Below the pieces are notes generated by a model. That model saw nothing but the letters and a program-made list of their open reading frames with translations. It was not told the DNA's origin and ran no database searches. 32,000 bases of DNA, taken from contig NZ_CP069383.1 in assembly GCF_017656055.1 (NCBI RefSeq), forward strand, positions 90,001 to 122,000, in the 5' to 3' direction. The stretch comes from Candidatus Saccharimonadota bacterium. Lineage in GTDB: Bacteria; Pseudomonadota; Gammaproteobacteria; Enterobacterales; Enterobacteriaceae. Shown here in pieces: positions 8,522-17,728 of the stretch. Made by a program: the position numbers and the translations under genes. Position 1 is the first letter of the stretch. Every line of letters begins with the position of its first letter.

Positions 8522-10195
8522 ATGAATGAAAATATTATTTATAATAAATCTAATATTATTAGTAATATAAATTATTATGATATTTTTAATTTTATTAATG
8601 AAAAATTAAATTTTAAGAAAATAGGAAATTATTATTTTGCTATATGTCCTTTTCATATTGATAAAAAACCATCTTTTATATTAAATAAAAATGGTATATA
8701 TTATTGTTTTGGTTGTGGATCAAAAGGTAATATAATCAATTTTATTATGAATTATGAAAAATTAAGTTATATTGATTCAATAAAATATATAATAAATAAT
8801 TTCAAAATTTATAATTTAAAATATAAATACTTTAACAGATATAGTTTATATTATAAAATAAATTATATTATATCAAATATATATCATAATAATTTAATGA
8901 ATTATGTAAAAAATAATAATAAAATACATTATTTAGAAAATAGAAATTGGAGTATAAATACTATAAAACATTTTAATATAGGAATTTCTTATAAAAATCA
9001 AATATTAAATATATTTAAAAATAAGAAGTATTTTAAAGAAATATTATATATAGGATTAGTAAATAAAAATTTAAAATATAATGATTTATTTAATTTTAGA
9101 ATTATATTTCCTATTAAAAATATTAATGGAAATATTATAGGATTTGGAGGAAGAAGTTTATTAAAAAATAAATTAAAATATATTAATAGTAAAAATAGTA
9201 TTATATTTAGAAAAAATAATGTATTATTTGGATTATTTGAAGTAAACTTACATTTTAATAAAAATATACCAAAAATTTTATTAGTAGAAGGATATTCTGA
9301 TGTTATATCTTTATTTAATAAAAAAATATTTTATTCTGTATCTTCTTTAGGTACTTCAATAACAGATTTTCAAATTAAATTATTATTTAAATATACTAAT
9401 AAAATATTATTTTGCTTTGATAATGATAATGCTGGTAATAAAGCAGCTTTTAAAACATTAATTAATACTATTAAATATATAACTGATGATAAAGAAGTAA
9501 AATTTATATTTTTACCTAAAAATGAAGATCCTGATTCTTTTATAAATAAAGTTACAAAATATAAATTTGAAAATTTTATTTTAAAAAATTCCAAAAATTT
9601 TTATGATTTAATATTTAATTATTATTTTACTAAGATAAAAAAATTTGATATTTTTAATAAAATATATTTTATAAATAAAATAAATAAATTTATAAAATTA
9701 ATTCCCGGAAATTTAATGAAGTTATTTGTTAGAAAAGAATTAATTAAAAAAATAAACAAAGTATTTTTTCTAAATAGAAAAAATATATATAAAAATAATA
9801 ATAATAAATGTTATATAAATCAATTTAAATTATTAATAAGTTTATTTATACAAAATACATATTTAAATATAGATTTTAATAAATATAATGAATTATATAA
9901 ATCAAAAAATTTTAAAATAAAATTTTTTATAAGTTTATACAAATTTTGTAAAATTAATAAAATAAACTCTTTTAAAAAAAATATTTTATTTTTTAAAAAT
10001 AAAAAATATTATAATTTTATTTTAAAAATGTATAAATATAATAATTTAATAAAAAAAGATAATATATATTTAGTTTTTAATGATATATTAAAATGGTTAA
10101 ATAATATTTTGTTTTATAAAAAAATTAAAAAATTATTGAAAATTTATAATAATATAAATATTTTAAAAAAAAATATATTAAAAATAAAAAAATAA
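8522..10195 (+). CDS. dnaG: DNA primase
   Basis: Zinc finger [35 protein letters not shown] motifs VEGYSDV and [13 protein letters not shown] prefer the start at MNEN (8522), which aligns with the E. coli N-terminus. The track ORF begins at 8462, inside rpsU. Confidence 0.9.
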   Translation: MNENIIYNKSNIISNINYYDIFNFINEKLNFKKIGNYYFAICPFHIDKKPSFILNKNGIYYCFGCGSKGNIINFIMNYEKLSYIDSIKYIINNFKIYNLKYKYFNRYSLYYKINYIISNIYHNNLMNYVKNNNKIHYLENRNWSINTIKHFNIGISYKNQILNIFKNKKYFKEILYIGLVNKNLKYNDLFNFRIIFPIKNINGNIIGFGGRSLLKNKLKYINSKNSIIFRKNNVLFGLFEVNLHFNKNIPKILLVEGYSDVISLFNKKIFYSVSSLGTSITDFQIKLLFKYTNKILFCFDNDNAGNKAAFKTLINTIKYITDDKEVKFIFLPKNEDPDSFINKVTKYKFENFILKNSKNFYDLIFNYYFTKIKKFDIFNKIYFINKINKFIKLIPGNLMKLFVRKELIKKINKVFFLNRKNIYKNNNNKCYINQFKLLISLFIQNTYLNIDFNKYNELYKSKNFKIKFFISLYKFCKINKINSFKKNILFFKNKKYYNFILKMYKYNNLIKKDNIYLVFNDILKWLNNILFYKKIKKLLKIYNNINILKKNILKIKK

Positions 10196-10208
10196 ATTTT
10201 ATAATATT

Positions 10209-11582
10209 ATGAACAATATAGATTCTATAAAAATGTATATGAAAGAAATGGGTAATGTTAAATTATTAACAAAGGAAGAGGAAATTATAATATCAAAAAA
10301 AATAGAAAAAGGTATAAATCAAATTAAATTTTCATTAATAAAGTATCCAGATTTAATATTATATATATTAAATCAATATAATTTAGTATTAAAAGGTAAT
10401 TTAAAAATATCAGATATAGTTATTGGTTCTATAGAAATAAATAATAACAATAAAAAAAATAATAATGATTTAAATAATAATATAATTGAAGAAAATATTG
10501 ATTTTAAAATTATAAATAAAATATTTTTAGAATTAAAAATACAGTATGAAATACTTCAGTATATAAACATTAATTTTAATAAAAATTCTAAATTATATAA
10601 AATAGAATGTAATAAATTATTTTATATATTAAAAAAAATAATATTTTCTAAAAAAATAATTAATAATATATTTATTTTTGTAAATAAAATAATTAAAAGT
10701 ATAAATAGTATTGAAAAAAAAATTAAAAATAATAAAAAAAATAAAAAGAAAATAAAGTTATTTAATAAAATTAAAAAAATAGAATTTAAATATAATATAA
10801 CTATAAATAATATAAAAAAAATTAATATAAAAATAACAGAAAGTAAAAAAATAGTTAAAAAATACAAAAGAGATATGATAGAAGCTAATTTAAGATTAGT
10901 TATATCAATTGCTAAAAAATATTTAAATAGAGGTCTTCAGTTTTTAGATTTAATACAAGAAGGTAATATAGGTTTAATGAAAGCTGTTGATAAATTTGAA
11001 TACAAAAAAGGATATAAATTTTCTACATATGCTACATGGTGGATAAGACAATCAATTACTAGATCAATAGCTGATCAGGCAAGAACAATAAGAATACCAG
11101 TTCATATGATAGAAACTATTAATAAATTAAATAAAATTTCTAGAAAAATAATACAAAATTTTGGTAGAGAACCTACAATAAAAGAATTATCAAAAGAAAT
11201 GTCTATTTCAGAAGATAAGATAATAAAAATTATAAAAATTTCAAAAGAACCTATATCTATAGAAACACCTATTGGTGATGAAAATAATACACATATAATA
11301 GATTTTATAGAAGATAAAACTTCTAATTTACCATTAGATCATGCTACATTTGATAGTTTAAAAAGTGTTATAAAAAATATATTATCAGAATTAAATCCTA
11401 GAGAAGAAAAAGTAATAAGAATGAGATTTGGTATAGATATGAATACTGATTATACATTAGAAGAAGTAGGAAAAAAATTTAATGTTACAAGAGAAAGAAT
11501 AAGACAAATAGAAGCTAAAGCTTTAAAAAAATTAAAAAATATTAATAATTCAAATATATTAAAAAATTTTATAGAAAACTAA
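10209..11582 (+). CDS. rpoD: RNA polymerase sigma-70 factor, starting at region 1.2 (no region 1.1)
   Basis: N-terminus [21 protein letters not shown] matches E. coli DPVRMYMREMGTVELLTREGEI. Regions 2-4 are highly conserved ([13 protein letters not shown]...[19 protein letters not shown]...[27 protein letters not shown]...[25 protein letters not shown]). Confidence 0.97.
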   Translation: MNNIDSIKMYMKEMGNVKLLTKEEEIIISKKIEKGINQIKFSLIKYPDLILYILNQYNLVLKGNLKISDIVIGSIEINNNNKKNNNDLNNNIIEENIDFKIINKIFLELKIQYEILQYININFNKNSKLYKIECNKLFYILKKIIFSKKIINNIFIFVNKIIKSINSIEKKIKNNKKNKKKIKLFNKIKKIEFKYNITINNIKKINIKITESKKIVKKYKRDMIEANLRLVISIAKKYLNRGLQFLDLIQEGNIGLMKAVDKFEYKKGYKFSTYATWWIRQSITRSIADQARTIRIPVHMIETINKLNKISRKIIQNFGREPTIKELSKEMSISEDKIIKIIKISKEPISIETPIGDENNTHIIDFIEDKTSNLPLDHATFDSLKSVIKNILSELNPREEKVIRMRFGIDMNTDYTLEEVGKKFNVTRERIRQIEAKALKKLKNINNSNILKNFIEN

Positions 11583-11654
11583 TAGCTCTTGTTGGATTCG
11601 AACCAACGACCAAACGATTATGAGTCGTCTGCTCTGCCTCTGAGCTAAAGAGCT
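11583..11654 (-). tRNA. ileX: tRNA with anticodon CAT, most likely tRNA-Ile2 (lysidine type, ileX-like); no encoded CCA
   Basis: Minus-strand cloverleaf: acceptor AGCTCTT/AAGAGCT, D stem GCTC/GAGC, anticodon stem GACGA/TCGTT with loop CTCATAA, T arm GTTGG-TTCGAAT-CCAAC. The anticodon arm through the T arm closely resembles E. coli ileX rather than tRNA-Met. ileX also lies just downstream of rpoD in E. coli. Confidence 0.75.
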
Positions 11655-11669
11655 AAAAAACATTTTTTT

Positions 11670-14156
11670 TTAATAATTTATTATAAAGTCTTTTTCTATT
11701 TTTTCTAATAATAAAAATTTTATATCAATTTTATTACAAATTATTTTATTTATATTAATTTTTATTATATTATAGAATATTTTTTTTTTTTTAATATAAA
11801 CTATTATATTTCTATTTAATTTACCTATTTCTTTTATTATATATAATAATATATTTATAATATTATTACAATCTTTTTTAATATCAAAAATTATATTTGG
11901 AAATTTATTATTTATTAATAAATTATTATTAATATTATTAATTTTTAATTTTAATAATATATCTATGTTTATTTTTTCCGTAATAAAAGGTACAATTGGA
12001 TGTAAAATTTTTATTATTGTATCTAATAAATAAAATAATATATAATTATTAATAATTTTATTTTTTATTTTAATTTTATTTTTTATAAATTCTATATAGT
12101 ATCTTGATATATCTATATATATAAAATTATATATATATTTTATTAATATATCCAATCTATAATTTTTAGTTAAATTATTATACATTGATAATATAGTGTT
12201 TAATTTATCTATTATCCAGTTATTATATAAATTAATATTATTAATATATATTTTTTTTTTACTTAAAACAATTTTTTTTAAATAAAAACTGTATTTTATA
12301 ATATTAAAATCTATTTTACTAATAATAAAATATAATACATTCCATATTTTATTACAGAATTTATTATAAGTTAATATTAACTTTTCATTAAAGTTTATAT
12401 ATTTACAAGTACTATTTAACGAAAGTAAAGATATTCTTAATGAATCTATTCCTAAATACTCTTTATTTTTTATATTAGTATTTAAAATATCTAAATAATT
12501 TATTATATTATTTTTAGTTTTTGATATTTTATTACCATTTTTATCAGTTATCAATCCTGTTATGTATATATTTTTAAATGGTAAATTTAAATAACTATTT
12601 TTTCTAAATATATATGATGATATCATTATCATTCTTGATATCCAAAAAAATATTATATCAAATCCACTTATTACTAAATTATGTGGATAATATTTTATTA
12701 ATTTATTTATATTATTAGGCCATCCTAATGAAACAAAACTCCATATAGATGATGAAAACCATGTATCTAAAACAGATTTTTCTTGTATTAATTTTGTATT
12801 TTTTGGTATATTAAATTTTTTTCTAATATCTTTTTCATTTATTCCGGAATATATAATATTTTTATTATACCATATAGGTATTTTATGTCCCCACCATATT
12901 TGTCTAGATATACACCAATCTTCTATTTTATTTAACCAATTAAAATAAATTTTTTCATATTTTTTAGGAAAAAATAATATTCTTTTATTTTTTACTAAAT
13001 TTATAGCTATTTTAGATATATTATTGGTTTTTATGTACCATTGATTTGTTATATAAGGTTCTATTTTGGACATATTTCTAGAATTATATTTAACATTTAT
13101 AATTTTATATTTCTTATTAAATATATAATTATTATTAATTAAAAAATTTAATATATTTTTTTTTAAAGATATTATGTCTAATTTTTTAAATATATTTGGG
13201 CATTCTTCTGTATATATTAAATTATTGTTTAAATCATAAATTTCAAAAAAATCTTTTATTATAAAATTATTATCAAATATTTTTATTATTTTTAAATTAT
13301 TTTTTAAGGCTATTTTATAATCATTAAAACTATTAGATGGTGATACTTTAATACATCCAGATTCATGATTAATTATTACTTCATCACTATGTATTATTGT
13401 TATTATTCTATTTATTATAGGAACTAGTACTTTTTCTCCTATATATTTATTATATCTTATATCATTTTTATTTATTGCTATTGCTGAATCAGCAAAAATA
13501 GTTTCTGGTTTTGTTGTTGAAATTACAATAAATTTATCTTTAATTTCTGAATTTACAAAATAATATTTTATATACCAAATATAATCTATTTTTTTTCTAT
13601 TTATTATTTCTAAATCAGGTATTACTGTTTTTAATTTTATATCCCAATTAATTATTTTATTATTTTTATATATTAATCCATCATAATACAATGTAGAAAA
13701 AATTTTATTTACAGAATATTGATAATGTTTATCTAATGTAAATCTTATTTTATTTTTGTTATCTATTAATACACCAATATTATTTAAATCATTTATTAAT
13801 TTAAATTTAATATTTTTTTTAAAATTTAAAGTATTTTTTATTAATAAATTAATATCTTTATTTTCATTTAAAAATTTTTTTTCTATTAATATTTGAGTAG
13901 ATATACCTGCATGATCTATTCCTAAAATGGATAATGTTTTTTTTCCTAACATTTTATTAAATCTTATATAAAAATCAACTATAAAATATTGTAATATATG
14001 ACCTATGTGTATATTTCCAGTCATATTTGGAGGAGGTAATAATATACTATAATAATTATTATTATTTTTATTTTTATTTATATTATTTTTATTATATAAA
14101 TTCCATATATTTTTTATATAATCTTCTATTACTTCTGGATAATATTTATTTTTCAT
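11670..14156 (-). CDS. valS: Valyl-tRNA synthetase (lacks the C-terminal coiled coil)
   Basis: PPPNMTGNIHIGH (HIGH motif), KISKT (KMSKS motif), WCISRQIWWGHKIPIWY. 828 aa versus 951 aa. Confidence 0.95.
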   Translation of the reverse strand: MKNKYYPEVIEDYIKNIWNLYNKNNINKNKNNNNYYSILLPPPNMTGNIHIGHILQYFIVDFYIRFNKMLGKKTLSILGIDHAGISTQILIEKKFLNENKDINLLIKNTLNFKKNIKFKLINDLNNIGVLIDNKNKIRFTLDKHYQYSVNKIFSTLYYDGLIYKNNKIINWDIKLKTVIPDLEIINRKKIDYIWYIKYYFVNSEIKDKFIVISTTKPETIFADSAIAINKNDIRYNKYIGEKVLVPIINRIITIIHSDEVIINHESGCIKVSPSNSFNDYKIALKNNLKIIKIFDNNFIIKDFFEIYDLNNNLIYTEECPNIFKKLDIISLKKNILNFLINNNYIFNKKYKIINVKYNSRNMSKIEPYITNQWYIKTNNISKIAINLVKNKRILFFPKKYEKIYFNWLNKIEDWCISRQIWWGHKIPIWYNKNIIYSGINEKDIRKKFNIPKNTKLIQEKSVLDTWFSSSIWSFVSLGWPNNINKLIKYYPHNLVISGFDIIFFWISRMIMISSYIFRKNSYLNLPFKNIYITGLITDKNGNKISKTKNNIINYLDILNTNIKNKEYLGIDSLRISLLSLNSTCKYINFNEKLILTYNKFCNKIWNVLYFIISKIDFNIIKYSFYLKKIVLSKKKIYINNINLYNNWIIDKLNTILSMYNNLTKNYRLDILIKYIYNFIYIDISRYYIEFIKNKIKIKNKIINNYILFYLLDTIIKILHPIVPFITEKINIDILLKLKINNINNNLLINNKFPNIIFDIKKDCNNIINILLYIIKEIGKLNRNIIVYIKKKKIFYNIIKININKIICNKIDIKFLLLEKIEKDFIINY

Positions 14157-14162
14157 TTTCTT

Positions 14163-15524
14163 TTACATATGTAAATTATTAGGATATCTTGGAAAAGGAA
14201 TAATATCCTTTATATTTTTTATACCAGTAAAGTACATTAATAATCTCTCGAAACCTATTCCCATACCAGAATGCGCAACTGTTCCATATTTTCTAAGATC
14301 TATGTACCATTTATATAAATTTATATTCATATTATTATTTTTTATAGAATCTATAATTAAATTTTTTCTGTATTCTCTTTCAGATCCTCCTACTATTTCT
14401 CCTACATTTGGAAATATAATATCAAATGAAGATACTGTTAAATTATTTTTATTTAATTTCATATAAAATGGTTTAATTGATTTTGGAAAATTTTTTATTA
14501 TTATTGGACAATTAAAATATTTTAATAAAATATTTTCATATTTTGTAGTTATGTCATTTTCACATTTTATATTAAATTTTTTTTTTAATATATTAACTAC
14601 TTCATAATATTCTAATGTAATAAATTCTTTATTTAAATCATTATATACTTTATTTATATCATAATTATTATATTTACTAATATAATATACATCATCATAT
14701 AATTTGTTTAATAATTTGTGAAAAATTTTTTTTATTAAATATATAGTGAATTTTATTATATATTTTATATTTCTAAATGCAACTTCTAACTCTAGCATCC
14801 AAAATTCAGATAAATGTTTTTTAGTATTAGAATTATCAGCTCTAAATACAGGTCCAAATGAATAAACTTTTGACATAGATAATGCATATGATTCTAAATT
14901 TAATTGTCCGGAAACAGTTAAAAATGATTCTTTTTTAAAAAAATCTAATTCTTTTTTATTATTATTATTATATATATCTAATGAAGAAACTTTAAATGAA
15001 TTTCCAGAATTTTCAGTATCTACTGACGTTATTATCGGAGTTTGTACCCATATAAAATTATTTTTATTTAAAAAATTATTTATTTCTATATATATAAAAT
15101 TACGTATTCTAGAAATTACTCCAAAAAATTTAGATCTTGGTCTTAAATGAAAAAATTTTCTTATAAATTCTATTTTGTTATATTTTGATGATGATATAGG
15201 ATATTTTTTTTGATTTTCTATATTACCTATAATTTTGAAATTAATTAATAATATTTCTATTTTTTGTTTATTAATATTTTTTGATATTATAACTTTACCA
15301 AAAATAAATACTGAATATCCTATATTTATATTTTTTATATAATTTATATTTTTATTTTTTAGATATAATATTTGAATATTTTTTATACAAGAACCATCGT
15401 TTATTTCTATAAATATATAGTTTTTAGAATATCTTATATTTTTAATCCAACCAAATATATATATCTTTTTATTTATAAAAAGATTATATTTTTTAAATAA
15501 ATTAATTATTAATAATATTTTCAT
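14163..15524 (-). CDS. asnS: Asparaginyl-tRNA synthetase
   Basis: Class II motif 3 AHSGMGIGFERLLMYFTGIKNIKDIIPFPR versus E. coli [30 protein letters not shown]. 453 aa versus 466 aa. Confidence 0.95.
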   Translation of the reverse strand: MKILLIINLFKKYNLFINKKIYIFGWIKNIRYSKNYIFIEINDGSCIKNIQILYLKNKNINYIKNINIGYSVFIFGKVIISKNINKQKIEILLINFKIIGNIENQKKYPISSSKYNKIEFIRKFFHLRPRSKFFGVISRIRNFIYIEINNFLNKNNFIWVQTPIITSVDTENSGNSFKVSSLDIYNNNNKKELDFFKKESFLTVSGQLNLESYALSMSKVYSFGPVFRADNSNTKKHLSEFWMLELEVAFRNIKYIIKFTIYLIKKIFHKLLNKLYDDVYYISKYNNYDINKVYNDLNKEFITLEYYEVVNILKKKFNIKCENDITTKYENILLKYFNCPIIIKNFPKSIKPFYMKLNKNNLTVSSFDIIFPNVGEIVGGSEREYRKNLIIDSIKNNNMNINLYKWYIDLRKYGTVAHSGMGIGFERLLMYFTGIKNIKDIIPFPRYPNNLHM

Positions 15525-15985
15525 TTTTTTTTTTTTAATATATTTATTACAATATTTATTATTTTATTTAATTTTATATTTATTTCATATTTACCTATAT
15601 TTTTTATAGGTTTATTTATTATAAATATATTATTAATTTTAATATTTATATTATTATCTATATTTTTTTTTATATAAAAAATTATATCTTTTTCTTTTAT
15701 TATATAAAGTAATTTGTTCTTTAAAGATTTAACATAAAAGGTTATATCATTATTATTACAATAATTTATTATTTTATTTTCTATTTTTTCTAAAAAATTA
15801 CTTTTTTTTATATAATTTTTATTTATTTCTTCTAAATAATTATTTATATTATTTATATTTTTATTATTAGCTATTAATGCATATTCAAAAGGAATTAAAA
15901 AGTTATTAGCAAAACCTTTTCTAACATTAATTATATCTCCTACATTATTATTTTTTATTTTTTTTATTAGTATTATTTTTATCAT
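15521..15985 (-). CDS. rplI: 50S ribosomal protein L9
   Basis: MIKIILIKKIKNNNVGDIINVRKGFANNFLIP versus E. coli [32 protein letters not shown]. Downstream of rpsR as in E. coli. ATGA overlap with asnS. Confidence 0.85.
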   Translation of the reverse strand: MIKIILIKKIKNNNVGDIINVRKGFANNFLIPFEYALIANNKNINNINNYLEEINKNYIKKSNFLEKIENKIINYCNNNDITFYVKSLKNKLLYIIKEKDIIFYIKKNIDNNINIKINNIFIINKPIKNIGKYEINIKLNKIINIVINILKKKK

Positions 15986-15991
15986 ATAAAT

Positions 15992-16174
15992 TTATGTTTT
16001 TAATAGATAATGATTATCTGTATAAGGTAATAAAGACATATATCTTGAAATTTTTATTTGTTTAGATAATCTTTTTTGTAATTTATATTTTAATTTTGTA
16101 ATTTTTCTCGGTAAAATTTTAAAATTTTCTGTTAAAAATTTTTTTAAAAAAAATACATTTTTATAATCAATCAT
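15992..16174 (-). CDS. rpsR: S18 portion, possibly expressed separately from the in-frame ATG (Met103 of the fused ORF)
   Basis: In-frame ATG at 16174-16172 immediately precedes the conserved IDYK... core of S18. Whether this ATG is used is unknown. Confidence 0.5.
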   Translation of the reverse strand: MIDYKNVFFLKKFLTENFKILPRKITKLKYKLQKRLSKQIKISRYMSLLPYTDNHYLLKT

Positions 16175-16480
16175 ATTATATAAAGTTTTAGTATTTTTAT
16201 TAATTTTTTTTTTTATTATCAAATTTCTTATAATATTATTATCTATACTAAATTTATTTTTTAATTTTACTATATTTAATTTAAGTATATTTATATTAAA
16301 TATAATATATATACCATTATATAATTTATTTATATTATATGATAATTTTTTTAATCCTAAATTTTCTATATTTAGTATTATTCCATTAAAATCATTTATA
16401 ATATTTGTATAATAATTTATACTATTATTATAATCATATTTGTTTGGATCTAAAATTATCATTATTTCATAATCTATCAT
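15992..16480 (-). CDS. rpsF: Single uninterrupted ORF encoding ribosomal protein S6 (N-terminal part) and S18 (C-terminal part)
   Basis: Residues 1 to about 92 match S6 (MIDYEIMIILDP...IRNLIIKKK versus MRHYEIVFMVHP...IRSMVMRTK). Residues 103-157 match S18 (IDYKNVFFLKKFLTENFKILPRKITKLKYKLQKRLSKQIKISRYMSLLPYTDNH versus [54 protein letters not shown]). There is no stop between the two parts. Confidence 0.85.
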   Translation of the reverse strand: MIDYEIMIILDPNKYDYNNSINYYTNIINDFNGIILNIENLGLKKLSYNINKLYNGIYIIFNINILKLNIVKLKNKFSIDNNIIRNLIIKKKINKNTKTLYNMIDYKNVFFLKKFLTENFKILPRKITKLKYKLQKRLSKQIKISRYMSLLPYTDNHYLLKT

Positions 16481-16983
16481 ATTTTTTTATTTTGTTTTAT
16501 AATAATTTCATATAATATTATTCCTGTTGCTACAGATAAATTTATTGAATCAACATTATTTTTCATAGGTATTTTAATTAATAAATCACATTTTTTTATT
16601 ATTTTTTTAGATATTCCTGTACTTTCTGATCCAATTATTATAACAATGTTTTTATAATTATTATAATTGAAATTATATATATAATTATTTGTATTTAAAT
16701 ATGTACCTATAATATAATAATAATTATATTTTAGATATTTTATAAATTTATTTAAATTTTTTATAATTATTATATTAATATTTTTTGAATAACCACTTGA
16801 TGATCTAAGAACAGAATTGTTTATTGGACATGTATAATATTTTGATAATATAATTTTATTTATTCCAAAGGAGAAAGCTGTTCTTAAACAAGAACCTAAA
16901 TTTCTAGGATCACATATTCTATCAAATATTAATATAATATTATCTTTTAATAAAAAATTAAATTTTTCGAAATCTTTGTACAT
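16477..16983 (-). CDS. rlmB: SpoU-family RNA 2'-O-methyltransferase, probably 23S rRNA Gm2251 methyltransferase, catalytic domain only
   Basis: SpoU motifs IFDRICDPRNLGSCLRTA, IIIGSESTGIS and IPMKNNVDSINLSVATGIILYE. Upstream of rpsF as rlmB is in E. coli and Buchnera. 168 aa versus 243 aa, so the N-terminal domain is absent. The paralogues TrmH, TrmJ and TrmL cannot be excluded by eye. Confidence 0.65.
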   Translation of the reverse strand: MYKDFEKFNFLLKDNIILIFDRICDPRNLGSCLRTAFSFGINKIILSKYYTCPINNSVLRSSSGYSKNINIIIIKNLNKFIKYLKYNYYYIIGTYLNTNNYIYNFNYNNYKNIVIIIGSESTGISKKIIKKCDLLIKIPMKNNVDSINLSVATGIILYEIIIKQNKKI

Positions 16984-17182
16984 TTTTAATAAATAATTTA
17001 ATTATAATATTTTTTTTATTTAATATAAATATAATATAAAAAAAAATATTATTTTATATTTTTAATTTTATATTATCTATTAATAAATATATTATAATTA
17101 TATATTTTATTATACTATAAAATAGTATATTTATATTTTATTTAAATAAAAAATATAAAAAATTTTAAAATTATTTTTATAT

Positions 17183-17728
17183 TTAAACATTATTGTTTAA
17201 TATTTGTTTTTTATAAAATATTAGTTCTTTTATAGATTCTTTTACATCAAATAAAGCTCTATGTATATTTTTTTTTTTATAATTTAGTGAAATATTAGGT
17301 TTACATATTTTAACAAATTCTTTTATTGAATTTACATCAATATGTTTATAATTAAAAAAATCTTCTAAAAATGGCATATATTTTAATAAAAATTTTCTGT
17401 CATGACTAATATTATTACCACACATAGGAGATTCTTTATATAAACATATTTTAGATATATAATCTATTATTTTTTTTTCAGCTTCTTTTTCATTTATATT
17501 ACTTTTTCTAACTTTATCTAATAAACCATTTTTAGTATGTGTTAAAGTATTCCATTTATCCATATTTAATAACTTTTCATCATCTTGATGTATTATTATA
17601 TTAAAACTTTCACATAATATATTTAAGTTAATATTGGTTATTAAAATACCAACTTCTAATATAAAACATTTATTTGGATCTAATCCAGTCATTTCTAAAT
17701 CTATCCATATTAATTTTTTATTTTTCAT
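17183..17728 (-). CDS. orn: Oligoribonuclease
   Basis: [34 protein letters not shown] versus E. coli [34 protein letters not shown]. C-terminal [11 protein letters not shown]. Starting at Met26 of the track ORF gives 181 aa, the same as E. coli. The longer ORF from 17803 would run 86 nt into ppa. Confidence 0.9.
   Translation of the reverse strand: [181 protein letters not shown]

Noticed and set aside
9370-9594. Short antisense ORFs inside dnaG (9370-9594), rpoD (10622-10867), trpS (18438-18635 and 19156-19347) and mrdB (25706-25900).
   Set aside because: All lie within strongly supported genes on the other strand. They are 63-81 aa, low complexity, and show no recognisable homology. Such ORFs are expected in AT-rich DNA opposite Lys/Asn/Ile-rich genes, because AAA, AAT and ATT codons read as non-stop triplets on the antisense strand.
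15521-15524. Possible reassignment of UGA to Trp, as in some tiny AT-rich symbiont genomes.
   Set aside because: TGA terminates rplI (15521-15523) and rlmB (16477-16479) at ATGA overlaps. Conserved Trp positions use TGG, for example ATWWIRQ in rpoD. All ORFs are full length under the standard bacterial code.
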